Of a stretch of DNA of 64,000 bases, positions 51,990 through 64,000 are shown piece by piece. The translations under genes and the position numbers were made by a program. The notes beneath the pieces were generated by a model. It was given only the letters and a program-made list of their open reading frames with translations. It searched no databases and had not been told where the DNA came from. Source of the DNA: Octopus bimaculoides. Taxonomy: Eukaryota. Each line of letters starts with the position of its first letter. The stretch's first letter is position 1. Location of the stretch: assembly GCF_001194135.2 (NCBI RefSeq), contig NC_068982.1, positions 178,719,002 to 178,783,001 of the forward strand. Direction: 5' to 3'.

Positions 51990-54300
51990 TAAGCGGTTGG
52001 ACAATCAGAGCAATGGGTATGGTGTTATTTTTATAATAGCAAAAGGGATGTCTCACCTATAGGAGATTGATGTTTAACTGTCATTTACCCAACATTATAG
52101 TCAGAAGGTCACCGAAAGCAACTGAGGCACCGGTCCAAATGGACAACAGTATTTCACACAAGTTGAATATTAAACTTATGGAAAAAAAAAACCCGCTAAA
52201 ACATTCAGACGAAAGATAATTACTGGATCGATATACAAAATCGCCTTCCTACACTTGACTTACACAGAAGCAGGAATACGTTTAGATTTTCTGAAACGAC
52301 GAATGGAACGACGTTTAGTTTTGGTGGATTTGAATGCAATAAATCACTGAGCCTCAACTAATTTGTCATAGAATGCAAGTTCAAGAGAACCAGCAATTTG
52401 CACTTGATTAAACGAACAGAAACTTCTCGTACAAACAGGAATACAAAGACGTTTCAGCAGCAAAAATTGCAATCTAAGATATGATGTCGTCCGGGTTATC
52501 ATTAGTAAAACCTAAAACCGTGAACATCAGATAATATGAACTAGATGAATGAATAATGGTTATTCAAAATAACATGTAATTATGTTCATTCAGAAAAATA
52601 TTCAACAATGCTAAGCATCTTTCCAGAAGTTTTACATAAACTTGTAGAGGAGACTACTATGGTAAAACCTGTGAAATGCTTTCAGTATGTTCAGGACAAG
52701 AATACTCTCGTCATCCCAACTGTCACGGAAAATCTTTTCATTTATGACAGACAGAAGATCGGCAGTGGAGTGCGAGATACAGAAACCGTGTAGTTTTTCA
52801 GAAAACAGAGCGAATGATACAAGTGGCGAGACATAAGTACCTTGCTTATGATATAAATAATGTGATTAGTTACACTCTCTAGAGTTTTGTGTTTTGAAAA
52901 TAGGCTAACATGGGCCTATTTCCAGCAGGCTGGGAAGGATGAGTCAGTTAAGTATTTGGAGAGTTTTAGAAATATCAGAAAAAATTCAGATCATTTGCAA
53001 AACAATAGCAGTAATAATATAAGGACCAGGCAGTATAAATGTTAAAGCACGCAATTGCCTTCCCTAATGAATTTGATGTGGTTGGTACCACAGAAAGACG
53101 CTGGTCATACTGAGAAGAAACAACACGAATAATAGATAAATTATAAGTAAACAACTGAGAAAGAAATTGTGCTCGGTGTTAAGAAGCCAATACTTCATAA
53201 CATCTGAAGAGATTTCCGAAAGTCCTGAGAACATATATTCTGAGAAGCAATATAGAATTTGGTCCGCGCCACAGGCCGTGGTTTAGCGTCTGCGAGAACA
53301 TTTCTCCTGCACTTCCGAGCCAATAAAAATAGATGCTTATTTCCCAATATACTGATTTGACTATGACTATGGCATAGTGGGTTTCTATGAGAAATAACAA
53401 ATGTAGAAGCAGGGGAAATCGGTAACAATGTGTTTTAATTAAGTAGCACCGATTATGAATGAAGGCAACAATACCGGATTGACCCCCAAAACACTACTTG
53501 GTGGTGGTGGTACAATCATTAGAGATAAGAAGAAAGAAGTTATCTTCCATGTGCTTCAGGAATATATACCTCGAAATGTGTCTCATTCACCTTATTGATA
53601 CTGATAAGAGTCAGGATAGAATAGATAGTACCATTCTAGGAGAGTTAAAACATATATCTAAAGACATTATCACGTGACCAGAGTTACTATGTAGAACATG
53701 AAGAGACGGAGCAAATGCTAAGACCAAACACGTGGTATGAAGAAGGAAGGGGTCGTGGTTGTTGTAAGTGACTGAGACAGTGAAATAAATGACATGGGTT
53801 CTAGCATATTCTGGGGTTTTAGAACTGAATCGATTAACAGTATGAACATTGCAATCACCAAAGTCTAGTATATATTTGGTAGGATAATTTTGCCCCACAC
53901 ACTATCAATGAGAGCGCAGGACTGAGAGAATGAGGAGGGGTGGATAAGGAGATAAAAAATGAGTAGTAGAATTAAGGAGGTCAAGCAGAAAAAAATGAAA
54001 GAAAGTATGAAGATTCAGACGTAGATACAGAAGTAACTGAAAGCAGATTACGATTTTAGATACAAAGATTTTTCATATAATCGATTTATGGTGAAGAGGA
54101 AGACAATCATTGGCAAAGACGCCCAAACTAGAAATACTTATGCTGAAGTTAGTCTTACAGAGAGTAAAGAGGTTGGTAGAGTTGTGAAGTCTACAATATT
54201 GAACGAAAAGACAATTGCATCGAAAACTTCGAATAGAGTTTCTAATAACTAGTTATCCTTCCTAGATGTGTCCTATAAGTGTGCTTTGTTTATCAAATGG
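51990..54300 (-). mobile_element. Decayed CR1-type LINE ORF2 (APE endonuclease plus RT)
   Basis: In order: LFTLCKTNFSISISS; NYPTKYILDFGDCNVH; SGHVIMSLDI; SSFPACWK; LHGFCISHSTADLLSVINEKIF...LNILKAFHRFYHSSLLYK; FTNDNPDDIIS*IAIFAAETSLYSC (YADD region). Confidence 0.8.
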
Positions 54301-55438
54301 CAAATTCCAATGAGGGTGTAATTTGAGCAAACCTAAATTTTAAGAACGTTTTAAGGTTAATGTATTAAGAACTGAATCAACAGATATCACTATGAGTGCC
54401 GATGCAAGATTTCCTTTTATCTGTTAGGACAAACATCATGAGAATGACTAATTAAGCACTTCCGGGTGACAAGGTCGGGTTCAGAGATGTAGTTTTACAA
54501 ATGTATACTATGATCGGAAACACTTCCAATTGAGAGATATAGTTATGTGAGAAGCTCATTAGTTACATACTGATAGAAAAAAATACCCTATTTGAAACGC
54601 TAATTTAGGTGATTATATTCAATGTAATTGAGATGATTGTAACGATTGAACAAGTAAATATATCCATTGCAGTGGAACGGTTATATAAGTGCTAGTTTGT
54701 ATTAGGGGCTTGAAATTATTATTGTTCATTTGTAGCAGAGACATAACCTGTAACAAATAATTTGTGATTCTAAAAAAAACCCCAAAAAAAACAATAATTT
54801 CTTGGTTATCACAGTGCCTAAATATGGATTTATAACATTTCATATTCTATTTCGAACGGAATTAGTCCATTTTATGGCCACCACTAATAATCATCCTTTC
54901 ATATAATAAATGGTAAGTTATAATTCTGAATCAGTTTTGAGGGGGTCTTGGTGAGGGCTTGTTATTCAGATTTCTCGATAGGATAACCAAGTTGGTTAGA
55001 AATGCTATTTGAAGACATTAATTAGTTTAGGAGACGCAAGCTGTCAAGAAATTCAAATCCATCGCCAAATGCTAGAATTGTCTGTTTCAATTTTTACGGG
55101 CATCTGTAGCAAACACTGTAAATATTTTTCTTGTAGTTTCATGTTATTGGTATTGATTTTTCTTATGAGTTATTTTTGTATATAATGAAGTTTATAGAGA
55201 TGAGTTAAATGTATGTTATCTGAAGTATGATTGAAAATATTGAGCACGGACTAAAATTGCATATGAGAGAACAGTGGTATAAGACGTGTACATATGTAAT
55301 ATTAAATATTCCTCTGAGCTTTTCCCTGACAGTCGCTCCTTAGCAGAAAAAATAATCATAGATAAAAAATAATGTTGAACATTCCAAACTAAAATCATGT
55401 TTCAAAGAACTGTGTAAATCCTACAAGGTCAACTTAAG

Positions 55439-55473
<35 letters not shown>

Positions 55474-58379
55474 TAATTTCCAAAGAAAATATTTGAAGTC
55501 CCTCTATCTAACACATGAAATATCGAGTAATAATCCCCCTCCATTAATCATTAACTTCAGAAGTCAGGATTTTGTTAATATTTCCTCTCTCTTCTATATT
55601 AATTCATTGCAAATTATGCCAAGGAATCAATATCTTAGATATTGATTGCGTTCCATTTTATGATAAATAGCAATAGCAAAGATATTAATAACTTCGCCAA
55701 TATATAATATTAACAGATTCACTAGGTTGCTATTATGATTACTAATTTATTACTATGTTTTCTTATTCGATATATTATTGTTTGCAATGTAAACTTCGAT
55801 AACGAAAAATAAAACCCATAAGATACAAAATAACCCACGTGGATCGAGTGTTTTCTCCCGCATTGCACATCACTTCAACACCTGATAATATATTGCTTCT
55901 GATATAACCCTGAAAATCGAACATTACATACCCGTGATTTGATCGATATTTAGTGTTTGTTATCTTCTTTATGTCAAATGAATTGTTTCCCTAAGTTAAT
56001 GTATTATTCATTTATTTTCTTCAATTTAAGCAATGCACTTAGAGAATTGATTATACTACAGATGATGGTTTCCAAACTCTTTATTTCCTTGACAGAAAAC
56101 CTGTATCTGCTGCATTTATTGGAAAGTAATGGCAGAAAACAGGTTAAGAATAGAAATTCTTTTTCAAAATGCACCTGTTAACATGACAGAGGCATTTAAA
56201 AAGACAATCCAATATACGTTTGTATTAATGGCGTTCGAAAACTTAAATAATCAGTTTCTATTTGTTCAGCAAAAGATTTCTCGAAAATACCCTATATAGT
56301 AAACAATCGTTAGGAATGGAAAGAAAATCTAATTGCTATTCACTCAGTTTTACCATGAAAACCCGTATTAAGATTAGTTAAACGTAACAACAGTTCCTAT
56401 TATAATTAGTTGTCATCAATAAACCACAGCAATACAATTACCATCCCACTATAAGAATACCTGATTACATGCAAATACAAGTACCATAAAGTGTAACTAG
56501 AAAATCGTATGTATTTACACTGGCGAACAGGAAAACTTGAAACGTAATTCATTTTTCTTCTACACTAAATCTATTCTCAAGTGCATTTGTCCAAGTAAAT
56601 CATTATTATCTTTGTTACGTAAAAAGAAAACATGCTCAATATCTTTAAATGTAGCTAATGTCAAATTTTCTCCCCAGCAATATGAAAATTTATGCTCTGG
56701 AAAGACACTCACTGGAAAATTTAACGATACTGTTGCTGTTGTTTAGAGACAGTGAATCCCTGATAAACTTACATATCAAATTCATTCCAAATATGATCAT
56801 CTTGTATTTTTCAATATACACGTCTACATGGTAATATGTGTTTTTCTTTTTTATGCGAACATGGTGGAAACTGAATGAAGAATTGGATATCATTATTCTA
56901 ATTTGTAAAACCTTGTAGAAGTTTACTAGTTAGATTAGCGCTCCACAGAAATTTGACTGTATATGTACCCCATGGTTCCTATAAGTCTTCACCCCAAACG
57001 GTGGTGAAAGGAGGCCTGGGATTCGAATACGAAGTAATAACATGTGCCTCCCTCCTATAATAGCACAGATACAACTCGCAAAGGACTGATATTTTCGCTT
57101 TTCACTCAACTACATGTTAATAATTCTTTGCCCTCATCTTTTCACACACCACCACCCACTTATTTCCATTCCACTCCCGCCAGATATTCAAGAAATTCAT
57201 CAGAACCACATTGTAGATCCTCATTACTGTAAACTCCATGGATTGCCAGACGAGGCAGGTTCTATGACCTTGGACTCTTCTAGGGTTGGTGGTCGGCGTT
57301 TCTCCTACTTGTCTTTTTTCGTGGTAGAGGTTGTCTTTTCGAAGAGCAGTTCTTTTTGTGTACTTGCACAAAATCGAAAATTTTAAAATCCGTTCACTCC
57401 CTTTGTTTTCCCTTATAACAATATGACAATGTGTGGCGCTACTTGTCCTTGCTGGAAGAGAAGAGACCTGGACTTCGATTCCTGCCACTGAGGCTGAGTA
57501 AATTTTCGGCCATCCTTGGAGTTGATGTGACTAGAGATTCTCTGGACACAGCAATCTTCTGGAACCAGCTGTTGTTGTTGTTGCTAGGTCTGCTGTTGTC
57601 CGACAGTTTCTGTCCTCCCCTTCCTTTCATCTAAGATATTCCTTAATATTGCCTGTGTTATTACTAATACATATAATAACAGAAAATATTTAAAATACCA
57701 GGCTGACACTGGTTTCTTTAACGTTGTTTACATAGCAACCAAGTAAAAATTAAAATCGATGATAATGTTAAAGGATAACGGATTATATAATACATTGATT
57801 TTAATGTAATAAAGTGCATTGCTCTTTTACCACTTGAAAGTAATGTTCTGCAAGGGATTTTGTTAGCCGACCAAATGAAGCAATGAATCCCATAGTTTTA
57901 GTCTCGTCTCAACACGAGCAATGACAAACATTAAAAATCCAAACATATTCAGTACACAGTTAAAAGGGTTAACAGCCTCAACTTGTACGCTGTAATTGAT
58001 TCCATATAAAAGTAGATACATGATCCAGATTAGAGAAATACGCAAAGATAAAGGAAAAGGTGAATGAATAAGACCACTGATATTGTGCTACACAGTGAAA
58101 CACAATTAAACAAACCAAATACAACAACGAATACACTTAGTAATTAATGAAGATAGTGTACAAAACACTGCCAGATATTATTGTTGGTAAGAACCACTAG
58201 GAAATATCAGTCTCAAAAAATAAATAAATAAATAAACCTTCTCTCAAGTGAATGCAAAAATGATCAAACATAAAGGTCTAAATAAGAGATGGAAATTTGT
58301 GAAAAACCAAAAAAATAACCCTTAATAATAGATACCTTGGGATAGATATAAAAGCTTGTGTAGAATTACAACTTACAGA

Positions 58380-58620
58380 TGGCCAGAGACGGGGCACATT
58401 CGGAGTGATTTGTGAGGAAAGCATTGTTAAGACTTAAAAGATAGCTTCAGCTAGCTTGGGGGCATTTGGTAATGAGGACATTTTGCTAATGGTTAGTGTT
58501 TCAACATGGATGTGTATAGAGACAAGTGCGACAAATAAGTTTTGTGCGGGGTCAGAAGTCAGTAGTAGGTCAAATCCAGTGGTTTGTGTTAAAGGATTGT
58601 CTTTAAGCTGGGATGATAGT
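58380..58620 (-). mobile_element. Short LINE endonuclease-region remnant
   Basis: FDLLLTSDP resembles the LDLxLTSxP motif of APE endonucleases. Confidence 0.45.
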
Positions 58621-59049
58621 TAGCGCATCGACATTCCTTCATGCATCACGCTCAAGTACTGCCGAGACCGACTGTACCTTTTACCTTTCCTCTGTGTCAG
58701 TCAATTACAAGTGTCGATGTAATCGACTAACACAGCCCTAAAATTGCTGGTTTATGCTAAAATATGAAAGAGTTATTATTTTAAAGTATTATAGATAATA
58801 TGATTTTCAGCGGTAGCAGAAGTATTCTTGCATACATTTGTGTGGCTACATATTTTATGCACATAGGGAAATATCGTTGAGTCTCAATATACAATTGTAC
58901 CTACGTGTGTGCATCGCTATTTATACACAAATGCGAATACACACACACACACACATATATATATGTGTGTATGTATGTATATATCTTTTTTTTATCTTTT
59001 ATCTTTTAGTAATTTCAGCCCAGGGCTGAGGTCATGCTGGTGCACCACT

Positions 59050-60550
59050 TGTAGTTACCGGTATTGCTTTCGATGACGTGATTAGTTGGACGGAGCTGCT
59101 TTTCTTTTTGTCTCCTGCTGCGATGTGGGTTCATCTGGTATCTCAGATAGAAACCTGTCCATATGTTCCTTGAAAACCTCCACATCAACACTATGTAGAT
59201 CTCTAATGTCGCTTTGCAGGATGTTGAACAATTGAAGGCCCTTGAAACCCAGACTATTACAGTACTGTGTTCTTATTTTAAATGGGAAAAAGGAATCTGT
59301 GATACGATGCTGTGCGGTCCAGTTCGGGGACTGGTACAGCTGTCAATTCCAAAAGTGGGAGCTACACCCTCTAAGATCTTCCAAATATATATCACCGCAT
59401 ATCTCTCCCGTCTTCTCTCCAGGTAATAGAGACACAGCTCCTTTATCCTCTCGCAGTAGTCCATCTTTTGCATCGTGTCAATCTTCTTGGTGTATTGGCG
59501 CTGGATTGCCTCGAGTTCCAGTTTGTTTCACACTCTCTGGGGACCATAGTTGGGAACAGTAATCCAAGTGGCTGAGAACGAATGTCTTCCATAAGAGTAA
59601 CAGGGCCTCCCATTTCCTGGTTCTGAATGTCCTCAGAATCAATCCTGCCACAGTGTTGCCATCTTGGTAATATGCACATGGAATGATGCATCATTACTCA
59701 TGTGAACCCCCAGGTCTCACGCCGACTCTGACTGTATTACCTTCTGGTCCAGTGTATTCCGATTTTAGTCTGGTGTTGCGCCGATAGTGGAGTGCCTGAA
59801 ATTTCATTGCATTGAACTGCATGTTATTTTTGTTAGCCCATTTGTATATTTCATTCAGGTCTTTTTGCAGTTTTATAATGTCCACTGAGTTCCTAACTGC
59901 CAGCAATACTTTTGTGTCGTCATCGTAACTGGTCAGATTGGCTGATCGTACCGCGGAGGGTATGTTTGAGAAGGCCACCACAAATAGTAGTGGCCCCAGT
60001 ACAGTTCCCTCTGGGATTCTGCTCTTCAGAGTGAGCACCATTGGCTACATGTGTCTTAATCCTGCCTTTCAGAAGGTCATGTAGCCATCCTCCCAGTTTG
60101 CTAGTAATACCAAGTTTCGCAGCTTGTAACATATCATGTCAGAATCAACGTTGTCGAAGATCTGGGCAAAATCGAGATATATCACGTCTACAGCCGACTG
60201 ATTTAGCTGTTGTTTCAGTACCCAGTCAAAATGATGCAACAACTGTGTGAGGCAGCTCCTTCCCGGACGGAAGTCATGTTGCGTGTTTGTGAGATGGTTG
60301 TTTTCTTCTAGGAACGTGATCAACCTTTTTCTGACAATGTGTTCCATTATCTTGCTAAAATGTGAGGTCAGAAAGATGCGGCTGTAGTTTTTAGCATTTG
60401 ATCTGCTCTCTCCTTTAAGATTAAGGCGTATTATATCCTCTTGTAGCATGCTGGAAAGTTTACTTTGAAAAAGTATCTGCAGTGGTTTTGCAAGATCCTT
60501 TTTACATGTCTTTAAGAGAACAGCCAGGAGTCCATCTGGGCCCGGAGCAA
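59050..60550 (-). mobile_element. 5'-truncated CR1-type LINE (RT through to 3' end)
   Basis: APGPDG...NYSRIFLTSHFSKIMEHIV...HDFRPGRSCLTQLL...VDVIYLDFAQIFDNV...IPEGTVLGPLLF...SYDDDTK...NNMQFNAMKFQ...LERRRERYAVIYIWKILEG. Frameshifted. Confidence 0.95.
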
Positions 60551-60632
60551 ATCATAGAACACCGTTGAAAGGATTAAGAAGAAAATAGGGAAGGCCAACT
60601 CATGGTATGATAGCCACAAATACCAGAGCGTC

Positions 60633-61160
60633 ATGTTCGTCGACACCACCCCTAGAGGCGAACTGGCGTACAGCTTTAGAAGGGCCCTAGACAAACTTAA
60701 GCTAAGAATTAAGGTTGTTGAAAGGCCAGGCAACCCTATCAAATCCCTTATCAGTAGAACATATCCTTTTAGAAGAACCCCCTGCACTGATAGGAAATGT
60801 ACTGTATGTAGATTTAGCCCACAAACAAGCTGTAAAACCAGAGATGTGGTCTATAGTATAAGATGTACAGAGGGACGATGCACTAATAAGACAACGACGT
60901 ATGTAGGTGAAACAGCACGGAGCATAGGGGAGCGGGCAAATGTACATTGGAGGAAACTTAAGGAAGAGAAGAGCTCATCAGTTCTGTACCAGCACGCTGA
61001 GCAAGAACACAGAGGCTCAATCAACAACATAGAAATTAAAATCTTATCCACACATAGCAGAGACGCAGCACTTAGACAAATTACAGAAGCTATACACATA
61101 ATAGAAGATAAACCTAACCTGAATGGGAAACTGGAATGGAACACTAACACACACCCCTAA
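60633..61160 (+). CDS. PLE GIY-YIG endonuclease domain, open frame but truncated (no RT upstream)
   Basis: MFVDTTPRGELA...KVVERPG...PC...CTVC...CKTRDVVYSIRC...YVGETARSIGERANVH...LYQH...H...RQITEAIHI...LN. The frame is also open for about 25 codons upstream of this Met. Confidence 0.8.
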   Translation: MFVDTTPRGELAYSFRRALDKLKLRIKVVERPGNPIKSLISRTYPFRRTPCTDRKCTVCRFSPQTSCKTRDVVYSIRCTEGRCTNKTTTYVGETARSIGERANVHWRKLKEEKSSSVLYQHAEQEHRGSINNIEIKILSTHSRDAALRQITEAIHIIEDKPNLNGKLEWNTNTHP

Positions 61161-61524
61161 CAAACCACAACATGTGACAATAAATTCCCCATAAACCAAT
61201 AACAATATGAACAAAATATAATGCAATACAATACATAGATAAACAAATGGAATTAAATGCTACATACCTTAACAAAACTAAATTAAATACAAAAAAGTAG
61301 GTATAAACACATGAACAGATAAATAAATAAAAACAAAAATAAACGAACATGTATTAACATGTATATAGATAATACAGGCACTCCCCATACACACACATGC
61401 ACTTACAAAAACATAGACACATTGAAGGATACACATGCGTAGACACATACAATAGGAATACAAAATACAAAATGGCTGATAGTTAGCAAGGTGGGACACA
61501 CATAAGAAAGAAGAAAGCAAAGGA

Positions 61525-61564
61525 CCACTGATGAGGTCACAGAAGTGTGACGAAAAAGCTCTGG
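61525..61564 (+). ncRNA. Minimal type I hammerhead with an expanded A-run
   Basis: CCA-CUGAUGA-G-GUCACA-gaag-UGUGAC-GAA(AA)A-GC-UC-UGG. Stem I CCA/UGG, perfect 6-bp stem II, palindrome AGCU, cleavage after CUC; two extra A in the GAAA segment. Confidence 0.7.
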
Positions 61565-61690
61565 CCGAAATAGGATTAATGTAATATAATATAATATAAA
61601 GCGGAAGCAATTTAACACCAAATATACAGAGCGTGTGTTTTTATTGGCAAAACTTACAATATGACCATCCCCAAGTACAACAACAACAAC

Positions 61691-61749
<59 letters not shown>

Positions 61750-61844
61750 ATATATAATACACACATGCATATTTATATACGCACACAAACACACACACTC
61801 ACATACGCACACACACATATACATGTACTTTTCTACGGTAGGCA

Positions 61845-62040
61845 TAAGGCCCGAAATTTAGGGTCAGGGTCCAGTCGATGAGATCGACTCCAGTACGCAA
61901 CTGGTAATTAATTTATCGACTCCGAAAGGATGAAAGGCAAAGTCGACCACGGTGGAATTTGAACTCAGAACATAAAGATATACGAAATACCGTCAAGTAT
62001 TTCGTCCGGCGTGCTAACATTTCTGCCACCTCACCGCCTT
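61845..62040 (-). mobile_element. Dominant SINE copy
   Basis: cataaggcccgaaatt...tcgactccagtacgcaactggta...ctgccacctcaccgcctt. Confidence 0.88.
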
Positions 62041-63654
62041 GCACATATACATATATATAGTAACTCACATATTCGTATTACTATAGATATAGTTAACTTA
62101 TATCAACCTCCCTCGGTTATGAGACTGAGAGTTCTGTTGGTCGCTCATTGAAATAGTGTGTAAGTAACGGAGAATTCCACAGACCGAAATATTGTTGATA
62201 TAAACTTTAGGAAGATAAGCACAGTTCATAATAAAAATTTACCTCTGACTTACATGTACAATCCATCCAGTAGGCTTCCTCAAAATCTTCGTCTATCCAA
62301 TTTCACTCACAAAATTTCGATCTATGTGAAGCAATTATAACAGTTACTTGCTCAAGATGCTACAAAGAGGAATCGAGCCCGGGTCTCCGTAATAATCAAA
62401 CGTACTTAGTAACTATTCTGTCAATCAACATAACGTATAGATAGAACTCAGCACTCAGAATATTTGAATGGAAATTTTATATGAAGCCATGGTTATCTCG
62501 GAAAAGTTTGTAAAATAGTTATATTAAAAGAGATATGAATTTTAAAATTGACGCTTGACAGATTGAAATGATGTACAATTATTGGAACATACCGGACGTA
62601 AATTCATTCCTCGAGGATGTTATTATGATTAACGATATCGCAATTATTTCCATATGTACCACATGATCAATATGCTTTTAGAGATTCTGGTGCAGCAGAA
62701 CAACCATTTTCCTTCTCGAAATTGCCGAGGATTCATATCTATATGAGCAAGAGTTTTTTTGTTAAGTAAATTTCGAATCTTTACTATAAAGTGCTGGCAC
62801 ACACATACATGCGCACTCACACACACACGCACATACACACATAGGCATATACATACACACACATATACATATATTCGAAATTACATAATTATCTGTGTGA
62901 TGTGTTTATATGCACGTATCAGTGCTTATATTTGAGTTTGTATTTAATAAATCATAGTTAAGTGAGATGGAGATATAAATACTCTTAACTATCTAGATAT
63001 AGAGTTTTTCAAATGGCCTGTATGTAATGTAATACAGGGTATATAATTGAATCACATCTTTCATTGAACAGATTAGGATAGAATCAAGCAATGGGTACAT
63101 CGCATGTTGTAATTTTAGAGAGATTCAGAATACTAGATCAATCACAATAAAATACGTACAGCTCAAAATAATACACTTCACATCGATATGGTAAAAGAAA
63201 ACTTTTATTTGCAAGCAAAAATGAATGTCGCAGTAAGAAACATACTACAAGAGTTTTGACAGTAGATGTAAAATTACGTCCAAATACAACAAAACCCCTT
63301 CAGTATTCTCAAAAGAGTTTTGCAGTATTATGATTATAAACCAAAACAAAGCGCAATTCCTCCGACTCAAGCCAGACGAACAACTTCCATCATTTTCGTT
63401 TGTAGAACGTCGTACAGCTTAACAACACAATCTGGCTCTAGAATAAATCTAGTGGCATTCAGTCCGTTTCAAGCATCTGGGTCGGCTATGTGGTATAAGT
63501 ATAATTTATTAAGCTTCTACCACCGCTCACGGGTTCCAGCAAAATGTTTAGAGAATCTGCCCTCCGTAATCTAACTAAAATTATTAGAAAATCTGTATTT
63601 CATTCTCTGACAAAGTCATTTAATCACCCAGTCACTGTAAGCTACTATTATAGG

Positions 63655-64000
63655 GTAAAGGTAAAAACCTCCTTCGGTTATGAATGACCATGGGACTGCA
63701 CCCAGAAAGTTACCCTCCAAGGCACAAGTTGGGGTAAGATTGTTTATTCAAGACCAACAGTCACCCATGTAACCTCCCCACTCCATGCTATGCCAAGGGA
63801 AAGGCAAAGACCGATACATACATACATACATACATACGTACGTACGTACATACATACATACATACATACATACATGCATACATACATAAGCTCGGGATAA
63901 GTTGCTTATGGAAGACCAGCAGTCACTCATGCTTATCTACCTTCCCTCTCCACGCCACCGAGGGAGAGGCAAAGGCCGGTACAGCTTGGCACCAGTGACC
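63655..64000. mobile_element. Interspersed repeat with an internal tandem duplication split by (TACA)n, running off the window
   Basis: agaccaacagtcacccatg...aaggcaaagaccgatac (about 63750-63815) is repeated as agaccagcagtcactcatg...aggcaaaggccggtac (about 63912-63980). Family not determined. Confidence 0.55.

Larger units (their letters stand above)
60553..61640 (+). mobile_element. 5'-truncated Penelope-like element (linker, GIY-YIG, 3' terminal repeat)
   Basis: Contains the open endonuclease frame 60633-61160 and an HHR on the same strand at 61525. Confidence 0.9.

Noticed and set aside
57422-57492. Short plus frame MTMCGATCPCWKRRDLDFDSCH, resembling a Cys-bridged neuropeptide with a basic cleavage site
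   Set aside because: No signal peptide, and no AG acceptor after the upstream pyrimidine tract; likely chance.

Overview
AT-rich, microsatellite-rich eukaryotic scaffold with many N gaps. It is most likely an Octopus (coleoid cephalopod) genome; this is inferred from recognising the dominant tRNA-derived SINE families, not from a database search. I cannot identify any intact host protein-coding gene, and most ORFs in the supplied track are translations of simple repeats. The window is mainly retroelement remains: at least four Penelope-like elements (PLEs) of different types, several CR1-type LINE fragments, a Gypsy integrase remnant, many SINEs, a mariner-type MITE and decayed DNA transposases. 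The most interesting signal is RNA structure. Seven minimal type I hammerhead ribozyme (HHR) motifs with palindromic stem III can be read from the sequence. Four of them sit as two opposite-strand pairs within adjacent long inverted repeats at 35.9-37.6 kb, one of which has an interleaved A-B-A'-B' layout. There is also an 89-nt hairpin with pri-miRNA-like geometry (47.1 kb), a back-to-back LINE/PLE junction (60.55 kb) and an unexplained GC-richer island (57.0-57.6 kb). All translations, alignments and folds were done by eye. Element boundaries are approximate; HHR and hairpin coordinates were indexed base by base.
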